Shown here piece by piece: positions 51,601-60,588 of a DNA stretch of 61,894 nt. Source of the stretch: Nostoc sp. DedSLP01 (GTDB lineage: Bacteria > Cyanobacteriota > Cyanobacteriia > Cyanobacteriales > Nostocaceae); NCBI GenBank assembly GCA_034530875.2, contig JAVRCJ020000028.1, forward strand, positions 36,836-98,729. Reading direction: 5' to 3'. Within the stretch, counting starts at the first letter, position 1, and each line of letters starts with the position of its first letter. The notes below the pieces were generated by a model, which was not told where the DNA came from, made no database searches, and saw only the letters and a program-made list of their open reading frames with translations. The position numbers and the translations under genes were made by a program.

Positions 51601-52222
51601 TAACGAAAGCCCCTTTGACTTTGCCATCAGTGCCATCGTTAAACCTGCTTCCGCGACTGAAATTCCAGTTGTAAATGGCACTGAGAATTCTGAATATTTA
51701 AAAGGTAGTGGCTCAGCTAGCAAGATTTATGGTTTTGGAGGCCAAGACCAAATCATAGGTAATGTTGGAAATGACCAGCTTTGGGGAGGTGATGGACTAG
51801 ACACTCTGTGGGGACAAGATGGCGATGACTTACTCTACGGTGATAGTGGCAATGACCAACTTTGGGGCGATAACGGCAACGATACTATATTTGGTGGTAT
51901 CGGTGATGACAAACTCTACGGACGTGCAGACAACGATTGGCTAAATGGTGGTAAAGGCGCCGATGTACTCACAGGTGGTTATGGTGCTGATACCTTTGTG
52001 TTGGCTTTGGGTGAGGGTACTGACACCATTGTTGATTTTGAAATAGATAAAGACAAGATTGCCCTTTTAGGTGGTCTCCAGTTTGGTCAATTATCGATCC
52101 AGCAAACAGGAACTCAAACCTCCATTCTCAATAGTGCTGATAATCAAGTTTTGGCGAAGTTGGATAATATCAGTGCAAGTACGCTCTTGGCTCAAGCTTC
52201 TACAACTTTTATCACAGTTTAG
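48659..52222 (+). CDS. Large secreted protein: right-handed beta-helix + 5 Ig-like (choice-of-anchor D type) repeats + RTX Ca-binding repeats
   Basis: YYVSGTGSDSNNG..AFRTLQQA..GDTVYV beta-helix start; five PEIQ...ESPFDFAISG repeats; GGxGxD nonapeptides at the C-terminus; no Sec signal (type I secretion-like). Confidence 0.88.
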   Translation: MAGTTYYVSGTGSDSNNGLQEGTAFRTLQQAANLVKAGDTVYVMNGTYEQSQYPYNPILSINQKHGTQTAPITFTAYPGHNPLIKSVNFNAVSIIASSYVVIEGLTIVGANDKITLEYAESVKGDLNNPLTNGNGIYIQPDKNNNSSHHITIRGNTISKFPSGGIISKEADYITIENNTVSETCWYSPWGANAISALANRNLDNNTSDYKFIIRNNVSYDNYTFIPWWDSDTGKVTEGHGIMIDSANSLGLDNQPYKGKILIANNLSYNNGGAGIQVFKSSNVDVVNNTTYQNSQHPDLAGCGEILISGGASNVNVVNNIMYARLNNYSYVVGGSTTNIKADHNLIYNTDKYSTKGTNFILGKDPLFVDAANRNFALQAGSAAIDNGSDTFNAITKNVLHDGDGNGIATVDIGAYEAPTSKIPTPEIQVLNGTVDIADGSTTAISFGEAIAGNTLTKTFTIKNTGLAALNLSELKLPNGFSLVGTLPTSLAVNDSTTITVALNATTPGTYSGNLILSNNDSNESPFDFAISGIVKPVPVPEIQLLNGTTNITDGSTTAIKFGEAIVGNTLTKTFTIKNTGTAALNLSELKLPNGFSLVGTLPTSVAANASTTITVALNATTPGTYSGNLILSNNDGNESPFDFAISGIIKPPPAPEIQLLNGTTNITDGSTTAIKFGEAIVGNTLTKTFTIKNIGTAALNLSELKLPNGFSLVGTLPTSVAVNASTTITVALNATTPGTYSGNLIFSNNDSNESPFDFAISGIIKPVPVPEIQVLNGTVDIADGSTTAINFGEAIAGNTLTKTFTIKNTGTAALNLSELKLPNGFSLVGTLPTSLAASASTSIKVALNTTTPGTYSGNLILSNNDSNESPFDFAISGIVKPVPVPEIQVLNGTVDIADGSTTAINFGEFIAGSTASKTFTIKNIGTAALNLSELKLPNGFSLVGTLPTSVAANASTTIKVALNTTTPGTYSGNLILSNNDSNESPFDFAISAIVKPASATEIPVVNGTENSEYLKGSGSASKIYGFGGQDQIIGNVGNDQLWGGDGLDTLWGQDGDDLLYGDSGNDQLWGDNGNDTIFGGIGDDKLYGRADNDWLNGGKGADVLTGGYGADTFVLALGEGTDTIVDFEIDKDKIALLGGLQFGQLSIQQTGTQTSILNSADNQVLAKLDNISASTLLAQASTTFITV
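49931..51655 (+). repeat. Five tandem 345-bp (115-aa) intragenic repeats
   Basis: CCTGAAATTCAA recurs at 49931, 50276, 50621, 50966 and 51311. Confidence 0.95.
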
Positions 52223-52372
52223 TTCTGCTGTTGTGACAACTAACTGTTTTTAAAGCAGGTGTAGGAGTAATACGTTTCGGTTAAAGGTAAAAGACAACCT
52301 CCGGAAGGGAAAAGGTTAAAGGGAAAAGCAGAGATCTTCCCTTTAACCTTTGTCCTTTGCCCTTTGCCCTTC

Positions 52373-52810
52373 TCAGTGCTGATTAGTTTGCGATCGCAAA
52401 CTTGCTAAAGCTAAATCCAAATACTTTGCCCATTGTGCTGCCAAAGGAATTTCTGTAAATGGAACCCGCACTGAATCAGCGGATTGAGAAAATAGAAATT
52501 CTAGCTCTATTGAACGACCTTTTTCGGGCAGATTTTCTATATTTACTGATTTGTCGTCTATCAAAAGAGATACTTTTTCAACATCAGCTAAAGAAAATGT
52601 TTCTAGCTTGATTGGACCTTGAGGGGTAGGTTTACCCCAAGTAATAGAGTTTCCTTTTTGACCCAAAACTGAATAAATATCATATTTAGCGCGTTCAAAT
52701 TGTTCTGCCCAGGCACGATAGGCTTCAACTTTTTGATATTCCTTTGAACCTTGCCAAGCTAGCCAGAAAAACATTGCTAACAGAGGTAACCATAAAAGAC
52801 CATGTTCCAT
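52373..52810 (-). CDS. Conserved cyanobacterial membrane-anchored hypothetical protein
   Basis: MEHGLLWLPLL..FFWLAW transmembrane segment; AKYDIY, VPFTEIPLAAQW. Confidence 0.8.
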   Translation of the reverse strand: MEHGLLWLPLLAMFFWLAWQGSKEYQKVEAYRAWAEQFERAKYDIYSVLGQKGNSITWGKPTPQGPIKLETFSLADVEKVSLLIDDKSVNIENLPEKGRSIELEFLFSQSADSVRVPFTEIPLAAQWAKYLDLALASLRSQTNQH

Positions 52811-52924
52811 CGTTTCAACAGTCCTAATGAAGTGAAAGTAAACTTAAAGTGCAAATTACACCAACAAGGGACACAGATAAGTTATGGTAGTGAGCAAACT
52901 GGCAAAAAGCGGTGATGAGTTAAT

Positions 52925-54775
52925 ATGAGAAAGCTTATATTATTGTGCTTGTTTGTCATTGGGTTAGTAGCTGCTGTATTTGGGTTCCTGAATTATCAGG
53001 GATTAGCAGCTAAAGGCGAGTTTGAGACGATTGTGCTTGATTTTCGGGAAGATATTCCATCAGAAGTGGTGCAACAGAATCTCCAAGCGATCGCCAAACA
53101 ATATAACGTTACACCCCAATTAGACAACAAATTTTCGGCGAAGGATAATGTGTATATTATCAAGGGCGATCGCCAGCGACTCCAAGAACTGAAAAAATCT
53201 GAGTTTGCCCAAGCTACAGAATTCATAGAGCCAAATTATATTTACAGAAAGATTCCACAACCAGGTAAACCCGCTTGGTTAGGAGAACTTTTGCGTCCCC
53301 AAGAAAATGATGAAGTCACTACTTCCTTAACTGGCCCCAATGACCAATATTACAGCAAGCAGTGGAACTTGCACGCAATTGGTATCGAAGGCGCATGGAC
53401 TCAAACCAAAGGTAGTGGCGTCACCGTTGCGGTAATTGACAGCGGCATTACCAAGGTGCGCGATTTATATGAAACCAAATTTGTTAAAGGGTATGACTTT
53501 GTAAACGACCGAGAAGAAGCCACAGACGATAACGGTCACGGTACCCACGTTGCCGGTACAATTGCCCAAGCGACAAATAACAAATATGGCGTAGCTGGAA
53601 TTGCTTATGAAGCAAATCTCATGCCGCTGAAGGTACTGAGTGCTTATGGTGGCGGTACTGTAGCCGATATTGCCGAAGCGATTAAATTTGCTGCCGATAA
53701 AGGCGCAGATGTGATTAATATGAGTTTGGGCGGTAGCGGTGAAAGCAAATTGATGAAAGATGCGATCGACTATGCCCATAGAAAAGGTGTAGTCATCGTT
53801 GCCGCAGCTGGGAATGAAGGTGCTAATGGCGCAAGCTATCCAGCCCGCTATCCTCACGTGATTGGCGTTTCCGCGATCGGGCCAGACGGCGAAAAAGCAC
53901 CCTATTCTAACTTTGGTGCAGGGGTCGATATCTCTGCTCCTGGTGGTAGCGAAGCCGGGAAAATTCTTCAAGAAACTATCAACGAACAAGGCGAAGGCGT
54001 ATTTCTTGGTTTCCAAGGTACAAGCATGGCTTCTCCCCACGTTGCTGGGGTTGCTGCATTAATCAAAGCTAAGGGTATTAAAGAACCGGATGAAGTTTTA
54101 AAAGTCCTCAAACAATCAGCACGAGTTATCCAGGATGATAGTTTGAACTATTATGGCGCTGGACAACTGAATGCAGAAGCAGCAGTCAAACTAGCTGTTG
54201 AAGGGCAAATCAGTTTTCAAGATTTCTTCCGCTGGTTACGGGATAACGGCTATCTTAATCCCGGCTTTTGGATTGACGGTGGTGCAGTAGCACTATTACC
54301 AAAGGTTTTAATGGTAGTTGGTTCTTACCTACTAGCTTGGTTTTTACGGGTTTACTTCCCCTTTACTTGGAGTTGGTCTTTAGCCAGTGGCTTAATTGCT
54401 GGCAGTTCTGGGTTATTCTTCCTCAAAGGAATCTATATCTTTGACGTTCCCCAGTGGCCTTTCAGAGTTTTGGGCAGTTCAATTCCCGAACTCGGCAATA
54501 CCATCCAGGGAACTGACGCATTGAATCCCTTATTTGCCAGCGTATTAATTCCGATTGTCTTAATGGCATTACTATTAGGACATCCTAGCTGGAAATGGTT
54601 TGCGATCGGTTCGACACTGGGAGTAGCAGCTTGCTTGACAGTAAGTGCTATTTATGACCCAGCAGTTTGGGGATTTGGCAACATTCACTTAGCGCGCCTA
54701 TTCCTCATCGTCAACGCCATACTTTGTTATGGACTCGCTCGTTTAGCATTGCAAAACGAACGAAAAGCAGCATAA
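52925..54775 (+). CDS. S8 subtilase with C-terminal multi-pass membrane domain
   Basis: Catalytic triad VAVIDSG, HGTHVAG, GTSMASPHVAG; several C-terminal transmembrane helices. Confidence 0.93.
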   Translation: MRKLILLCLFVIGLVAAVFGFLNYQGLAAKGEFETIVLDFREDIPSEVVQQNLQAIAKQYNVTPQLDNKFSAKDNVYIIKGDRQRLQELKKSEFAQATEFIEPNYIYRKIPQPGKPAWLGELLRPQENDEVTTSLTGPNDQYYSKQWNLHAIGIEGAWTQTKGSGVTVAVIDSGITKVRDLYETKFVKGYDFVNDREEATDDNGHGTHVAGTIAQATNNKYGVAGIAYEANLMPLKVLSAYGGGTVADIAEAIKFAADKGADVINMSLGGSGESKLMKDAIDYAHRKGVVIVAAAGNEGANGASYPARYPHVIGVSAIGPDGEKAPYSNFGAGVDISAPGGSEAGKILQETINEQGEGVFLGFQGTSMASPHVAGVAALIKAKGIKEPDEVLKVLKQSARVIQDDSLNYYGAGQLNAEAAVKLAVEGQISFQDFFRWLRDNGYLNPGFWIDGGAVALLPKVLMVVGSYLLAWFLRVYFPFTWSWSLASGLIAGSSGLFFLKGIYIFDVPQWPFRVLGSSIPELGNTIQGTDALNPLFASVLIPIVLMALLLGHPSWKWFAIGSTLGVAACLTVSAIYDPAVWGFGNIHLARLFLIVNAILCYGLARLALQNERKAA

Positions 54776-54919
54776 ATAAATGGGATTGGGGCATTGGAAG
54801 TGTGAGAGGAGTGACAGCAGAGAAAAGCATAAATTCTCTTTCCTCCTCACACTCCCCACACCTCCCACACTCCCCCATCTCCCCACTCCCTATTCCCTAC
54901 TCCCAACTCAGCAATATTT

Positions 54920-55153
54920 ATGAGCATCACACTTACAGGTACAATCCAGCACCGCGATATTGGCCCTGGCGCATGGGCGTTAGTTACAGAAGACGGCGTT
55001 ACTTACGAAATCCTTAGAGGGGCTGATAAAAATTTACTCAAAGCTGGACAAAAAGCAAAAGTTAAAGGACAGGTGCGTGAAGACATCATGACAACTGCCA
55101 TGATTGGCCCTGTCCTAGAGGTTAAATCTTTTGAAGTAGTTAATTCTGATTAG
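54920..55153 (+). CDS. Small hypothetical protein (OB-fold-like)
   Basis: GTIQHRDIGPGAWALV...GQVREDIMTTAMIGPVLEV, clean ORF. Confidence 0.75.
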   Translation: MSITLTGTIQHRDIGPGAWALVTEDGVTYEILRGADKNLLKAGQKAKVKGQVREDIMTTAMIGPVLEVKSFEVVNSD

Positions 55154-55463
55154 TTGTAGAGTCGAGAACCTGTTGGAGACGGGTTCTAAATTCGCCTTTG
55201 GGATGGCCTCCTTTGACTTCACCGACAATTTGAAATTCCCCTTCTGGAGAATTGCAAATGATGTAAGTAGGCCATCCCATTTCTGATTTATCAGGATACT
55301 GAGTCAATAAAATCTTGCGATACTTGCGGTAAGCAGCTGTATCCTGCATTTTCACATCGATAAATTCTAAACCCAGTTCTTCAGCCACTTTTTTGTCATA
55401 AAAAGACATTTTGTGGCAGATGCCGCACTCTTCAGAAGAGAACTTAATTACAGCTAAACTCAT
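55140..55463 (-). CDS. Thioredoxin-fold protein
   Basis: KFSSEECGICHKM CxxC motif and GWPT cis-Pro motif. Confidence 0.8.
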   Translation of the reverse strand: MSLAVIKFSSEECGICHKMSFYDKKVAEELGLEFIDVKMQDTAAYRKYRKILLTQYPDKSEMGWPTYIICNSPEGEFQIVGEVKGGHPKGEFRTRLQQVLDSTTNQN

Positions 55464-55631
55464 GGGTTGGCAACTCTTTGGTTATAGGCTAGACATTATA
55501 GCATAATGCCATGAGATATACCATATAGGTTGTTATTATTGACAATAAAAAGGGGAGTGGGGAGATAGGGAGATGGTGAGATGAGGAGATGAGGGGATGG
55601 GGAGACGCGGGGACGCAAAAAAAAGTAATAA

Positions 55632-55693
55632 CAAATGACCAATGACTAATGACTAATGACTAATGACCAATGACTAATGACTAATGACTAATG
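55632..55693. repeat. STRR heptamer tandem repeat (AATGACT/AATGACC)n; other STRR tracts at about 10065-10096, 23578-23598, 33522-33645, 34750-34866, 36250-36343, 44447-44529, 46614-46720, 52281-52370, 54780-54905
   Basis: Directly visible 7-9-mer tandem runs, often arranged as inverted pairs in intergenic spaces. Confidence 0.85.
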
Positions 55694-55964
55694 CCACATT
55701 TTTGCAGAAGTCGAAAAATTAAGAAAGCAGAAATCTGGAAAAAAACTTAAGAATGTGATTAAATATCATGACGATCATTTTAGAGTCGCCTCTCTAGCTA
55801 ACAATAAGAGGAAAGCGATTCAGGGATTGAGCGAGCAGGTTTGCTTGTCCTGGGAACAGGAAGATGCTCAAGGTCTACCAGGAGTAGTAACAAGGTACAT
55901 TGTATGTGGGCAGGTTATGCAAGCTAGCGATGTCTAAATGACAGGCTGCTAGGCTTATTTGCAT

Positions 55965-56025
55965 AAAAAAACCCCCAGTGGGTGTTATCCAACCAGGGGA
56001 GTTAGTTATCAGGGTGCATCTACCA
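55965..56025 (-). ncRNA. nsiR1: NsiR1-type sRNA copy
   Basis: Minus strand: UGGUAGAUGCACCCUGAUAACU..CCCC hairpin + poly-U; TCCGGA at 56055-56060. Confidence 0.85.
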
Positions 56026-56094
56026 ATTAAATGTTCTGAGATTGAAGACCATACTCCGGATAAATTTGTAAAAAACTCAATTATTTTTTAAAAT

Positions 56095-56154
56095 AAAAAA
56101 ACCCCAGTTGGTGTTAACCTACTAGGGGAGTGAGTTATCAGGGTGCATCTACTA
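56095..56154 (-). ncRNA. nsiR1: NsiR1-type sRNA copy
   Basis: Same core AGTTATCAGGGTGCATCTAC; TCCGGA at 56184-56189. Confidence 0.85.
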
Positions 56155-56251
56155 AGAATGTTTTCTAGGACAAGCCACTGTCTTCCGGAGAAAATGCTTA
56201 AAATCTTATTTGGTGGCGATGTCTAAGGGTGGGCTACGCCTACGCAATTAG

Positions 56252-56312
56252 AAAAAACCCCCAGTGGGTGTTAGCCATCCAGGGGAGTTGAGTTATCAGG
56301 GTGCATCTACCA
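56252..56312 (-). ncRNA. nsiR1: NsiR1-type sRNA copy
   Basis: Same core; promoter variant ACCGGA at 56342-56347. Confidence 0.85.
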
Positions 56313-56386
56313 ATTATTTGTTCTCAAGTAAAGGGCTATCCACCGGATAAATTATGGAGAAGTTGAGATTATTGTTTGCTCGCCAG

Positions 56387-56437
56387 AAAAAAAACTCTCA
56401 ACAGGTGTTAGCCAATCAGAGGGGTTAGTTATCAGGT
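56387..56437 (-). ncRNA. Truncated NsiR1-type copy (terminator half only)
   Basis: A-tract, hairpin and GTTAGTTATCAGGT, then replaced by unrelated repeat-rich sequence. Confidence 0.6.
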
Positions 56438-56987
56438 CAACCAATTTTCGATTTTGCGAAAAGTTCAGCCAGTAAATTCAGTGGGTTTCCCAACTTGTGC
56501 AAACTGGCTTTGAGCGTCACCTTACGGCAATAGCGTAGCTAAGCCGAGTCTGCTAGAATCTAGCGACTTTTTGAGACGCTTTCATTAGCTTACTTGCCCT
56601 AAGGGTAGCCATCCCGCGGGGTAAAAAGCTTTTTAAGAGAGATTGCGATCGCTTAACTCAGCCGAGTCTCTAGCATCTTCATTGGATGCAAACAGACCGC
56701 CAGCTGACGCGGTTTGAGGATTTTAAATTTGAGATTTGTTCCGTCCGCTAGGGACAGCCCTGTGGTAGACGGCTTTACCAACATCAAAGAGCCACCAGCT
56801 GCACAATAATCAAGCATCTTCCAACTTCAGCGGGCTGGCATCAAGTGGTATCAGGGCATCTAGCTTACTTGTTTGTAAAAGTACTGAAATAATTTTTAAT
56901 TTAAAATCTCAAATCTCAAGGTACGGCTGAAATCTAGGGATTATTCAATGATTAGTGCCCTGTTCTATAACTAGGTGTGTGATGAGT

Positions 56988-57049
56988 AAAAAAAACCCCT
57001 AGTGGCTGTAAGCTTACCAGGGGAGCTAGTTATCAGGGTGCATCTACCA
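56988..57049 (-). ncRNA. nsiR1: NsiR1-type sRNA copy
   Basis: Same core; TCCGGA at 57079-57084. Confidence 0.85.
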
Positions 57050-57706
57050 ATTAAATGTTCTAGGTTGAACCACTATGTTCCGGATAAATTTCTGAAAAAA
57101 ATTAATTTTTTTGGCTGTCAAAAAAACTAGTAGACTTTGCGGGCGATTTGCCTACCTTTAAGGCAGTCTCAATGAAAAAATTTTCATAACAGTGTATGAA
57201 AAACGAATATCCCTACACCCTACACCCTTTTTCAATTCATGGGGCTTAGCCTGAAGTCTTGTTAATTAAGAGGATAGTTGAGTTGTTGCGGTGCTGTAAT
57301 AGTGGATATTCACTGAATTAACAAAGTTAAAGATTGAGGTTCATCCATCTGCCAACCAAGTATTCTCAGGTTAAGCACCATTTCCTAGTAAAGAATATCT
57401 GCGTTATGTCAAGTTCGCTTAGTTACTTGTAATTTAAAACTCTCTGCATCAAAGCGTTGTGGCATCTGGGTGTGAGCCTTTACTTTGAAGAAGGCAGGAG
57501 GCTTTTATGTTCCGTTCTCCAAAGGGATTCAGACCCCCCCTAAACGAGCAACTACCAAATTTTCAATTTGGTGTTCTTGTTTTAAACCTTTTCCCTGATT
57601 AGTCGCGGCAGGAAGCTCTAGAGGGCAGTTTTCCTCCTGCCTCCTGCCTTCGCTGATAAATTTGCAGATGAACTTGATATTAGAAGTTACTGTTATTTGC
57701 CAAAAT

Positions 57707-57767
57707 AAAAAAACCCCCAGTGGGTGTTAGCCAACTAGGGGAGTTGAAGATCAAGGTGCATCTACCA
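57707..57767 (-). ncRNA. nsiR1: NsiR1-type sRNA copy nearest hetF (seed variant)
   Basis: Core variant GAAGATCAAGGTGCATCTACC; TCCGGA at 57797-57802; about 180 bp from the hetF start. Confidence 0.82.
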
Positions 57768-57796
57768 ATAAAGTGTTCTAGACCCAAGTAATCCGA

Positions 57797-57802
57797 TCCG
57801 GA
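57797..57802 (-). promoter_or_regulatory. DIF1-type heterocyst promoter motif TCCGGA (also at 56055, 56184, 56342 variant, 57079)
   Basis: In all five intact copies the hexamer starts exactly 38 nt from the CATCTA core, i.e. around -35 of the inferred sRNA start. Confidence 0.8.
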
Positions 57803-57947
57803 TAAAGTTGTAAAGGCAGAAAAAGCAGAACAACTAAAAATCAGAAACATTCAGGGGTCGGATGCATCTAAGTTATCAGAGGGAGCGAAAAATCGACTTG
57901 AAACTTTCGCGTTTCAAACCGAATTTAGGAGGCAGACAGGAGAAGCT

Positions 57948-60449
57948 GTGAACCAGGAATTCCACATTTCGGTAACTCCTGTAGGGCAAAATGACTATTT
58001 GGTGCGGACAGAACAAGTCGCGCCTGGAGTGCCATTGGCAGAGGAACTGGTAACTTGGCCTGTAGCTGATTGGTTAACAGCTGCTGGGCATTTGATGAAT
58101 GACCCGTTGAAGTCGGTGTTACAAGGGGATGCGTTCCCCTCTAGCGGGCGGGAAAGCGATATTGCCAGAAACTCTGTAAATTTGGTGGCGTTGGGTCAAC
58201 AACTATATAATGCCCTATTTCAAGGTACTCTCAGAGATAGTTGGATTACTGCCCAAGGGATTGCCCAGAACCACCAACAAGTACTGCGCTTACGCTTGGG
58301 GCTGAAAGATACGAGGTTAGCTCGTTTGCCTTGGGAAGTGATGCACGCAGGCGATCGCCCTTTGGCCACCGGGCCTTATGTCGCTTTTTCTCGCTTCCAA
58401 AGTGGAATTTTGGGCGCTTCTCGTTTGCGATCGCCAAATCCTTTTACACCGCTAGAAGAAACTAGCGTCAAAGTGTTGATGGTAATTGCTTCCCCTTCAG
58501 ATCGAGTCCGTCTTGACCTACTCAAAGACGAAGCAATCAAACTCCAAGCAGAACTTGCGCGTCCACTAGCACGACTGAGTGAGACTAGCAATCATCTACC
58601 AGAAATTGAAGTCACTGTCTTAGACCAACCAGGAAGGGAAGAACTAACTCAGGCTCTAGAACAAGGCAGATACGACGTTCTCCACTACTCCGGTCATAGT
58701 AACTTAGGCCCGAATGGCGGAGAAATTTATCTTGCCAGTCGCAGAACTGGATTAACGGAAGTTCTCACTGGAGACGACCTGGCGGGTTTGCTGGTTAATA
58801 ATAACATCCAAATGGCAGTATTTAATTCCTGCTTAGGGGCTTACAGTGCTGCTTTTACCAGTTCTGAAGATACTGGCGAACGGAACTTGGCAGAAAGTCT
58901 GGTGAAGCGGGGAATTGCCAGCGTTTTGGCAATGTCAGAGCGTATTCCTGATGAAGTCGCACTGACGCTGACGCAATTATTTTACCGCAACTTGAGCCAA
59001 GGATATCCAGTAGATTTATGCGTGAGCCGGGTGCGCCAAGGATTAATTTCTGCTTATGGTTCTCACCAAATGTACTGGGCGTTGCCAATTTTGTATCTCC
59101 AGCCTGAATTTGACGGTTTCTTGAGCCACGAACCTGTTTTACCGGAAAGCCCAGAGCCGCTGAATCAGTATAATTCGTCTTTGGGGCCAATTCCCAATTC
59201 TATGTATGCTGCGATCGCTGACGATGCGGAAATGCCTTTAGGAATTGAGGAAATGATTCCTGCTGATTTGGGGCGTGACTCTTCTGGCTTGGATTGGTTA
59301 GGCGAAGATACTTGGGGCGATCTAGTTGATGAAATTGAGTATGATGACCCAAGTTATGCAGAAGATTCTGCCATTGTTTCAGATTTGTTTCGGCAGTTGG
59401 ATGAGCAAAAATCCTCCACAGAAATAGAAGCAGAAACTGACGACAATAGCCTGGAAAATAGGCACTCACAAGAAATTACTTCCCCTTTTGAGGAAACAGA
59501 TTTATGGGGAGAAGCCCCAGTACAGCCTCCTCAACCTATAGCGAACGTAGAAAGCAATTCACAAAATTCTAATTTTTCCCGGCCGCAACCAAGTCCATCG
59601 CCATCTAGAATTCGTAGTCGGCGGCGGAAGTTGTGGCCTGTTGTGGCTATTGGAGGAATAAGCGCGATCGCCATTGCGATCGGTTTAAATTGGTGGCAAA
59701 ATCGACTCCAAGTAACTCTGCCGAAAATACCACAAATTGCTAGCGAGTCTTTACCCATCGGTAAGCAAGCGAATATCGATTTAGAAACAGCACCAACTGG
59801 AATCGTCACCGCCACTGCTACTGAAAAATTAAGTCAAGGAGATTTACAAGCTGGCTTATTTGCTGTTGAGGAATTACTCAATCGTGGTGCTATTACTGCG
59901 GCCGAAACTGCTTTGAAACTAGTTACAAACGACCAAGCTAACGAGCCATCTGTCAACTTTTTAAAAGGACGATTAGCATGGCAATCAATCCAGACTGGAG
60001 ACAGCAATTATAGCGTTGATGATGCTCGTCGCTATTGGGAAACTGCTGCCAAAGCCAAACCAGATTCACTTTTGTATAATAACGCTTTAGGATTTGCTTA
60101 CTACGCAGAAGGTAATTTGAATCGAGCGAATGATTCTTGGTTTAAGGCTTTAAATTTAGCCCTCAAACCACAGAATACAAGTTTAAACGCAACATCGACA
60201 AAGACGCCATTACCTCAAGATGCTTTAACTTCTTATGCTGGTTTAGCTCTAGGATTATATAAATCTGCACTTGCCCAATCTAGTGCCAAACAAGCACAAT
60301 ATATGAATGAAGCGATTAAGTTACGACAAATGGTAATGAAGTCCGATCGCGTAAATTTCCAAGTAGATAAATTAGCTAAAAATTGGCTGTGGACGGAAAA
60401 AGCAATAGAAGATTGGCGATCGCTCCTGAAAGAAAAAGTCGTGAATTAA
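57948..60449 (+). CDS. hetF: HetF, CHAT-family cysteine protease for heterocyst differentiation/cell division
   Basis: QEFHISVTPVGQNDYLVRTE N-terminus, LARLPWE, VLHYSGHS and VFNSC dyad, YWALP, transmembrane helix, TPR-like C-terminus; NsiR1 array upstream. Confidence 0.93.
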   Translation: MNQEFHISVTPVGQNDYLVRTEQVAPGVPLAEELVTWPVADWLTAAGHLMNDPLKSVLQGDAFPSSGRESDIARNSVNLVALGQQLYNALFQGTLRDSWITAQGIAQNHQQVLRLRLGLKDTRLARLPWEVMHAGDRPLATGPYVAFSRFQSGILGASRLRSPNPFTPLEETSVKVLMVIASPSDRVRLDLLKDEAIKLQAELARPLARLSETSNHLPEIEVTVLDQPGREELTQALEQGRYDVLHYSGHSNLGPNGGEIYLASRRTGLTEVLTGDDLAGLLVNNNIQMAVFNSCLGAYSAAFTSSEDTGERNLAESLVKRGIASVLAMSERIPDEVALTLTQLFYRNLSQGYPVDLCVSRVRQGLISAYGSHQMYWALPILYLQPEFDGFLSHEPVLPESPEPLNQYNSSLGPIPNSMYAAIADDAEMPLGIEEMIPADLGRDSSGLDWLGEDTWGDLVDEIEYDDPSYAEDSAIVSDLFRQLDEQKSSTEIEAETDDNSLENRHSQEITSPFEETDLWGEAPVQPPQPIANVESNSQNSNFSRPQPSPSPSRIRSRRRKLWPVVAIGGISAIAIAIGLNWWQNRLQVTLPKIPQIASESLPIGKQANIDLETAPTGIVTATATEKLSQGDLQAGLFAVEELLNRGAITAAETALKLVTNDQANEPSVNFLKGRLAWQSIQTGDSNYSVDDARRYWETAAKAKPDSLLYNNALGFAYYAEGNLNRANDSWFKALNLALKPQNTSLNATSTKTPLPQDALTSYAGLALGLYKSALAQSSAKQAQYMNEAIKLRQMVMKSDRVNFQVDKLAKNWLWTEKAIEDWRSLLKEKVVN

Positions 60450-60588
60450 TGATTGCGACACAATTGTTACGCATCTTTGGCTGAAGACGCGATGAATCGC
60501 GTCTCTACCATCGAATTTTTCCTCCTCTGCCTCCTCTGGCTCCCCTGCTTGCCTAAATGTATCAATCTTAAGGTGAAATGGTATCAGT

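Noticed and set aside
49939..51723. Five similar ~105-aa minus-strand ORFs
   Set aside because: Antisense shadows of the 345-bp repeats of the large secreted protein.
55755..55937. 60-aa ORF before the sRNA array
   Set aside because: No recognisable motif or RBS; it ends in a degenerate SDR5-like repeat.
55965..57802. CRISPR array
   Set aside because: Units are ~60-95 nt with irregular spacing, each has its own promoter and terminator, and there are no cas genes; fits NsiR1.
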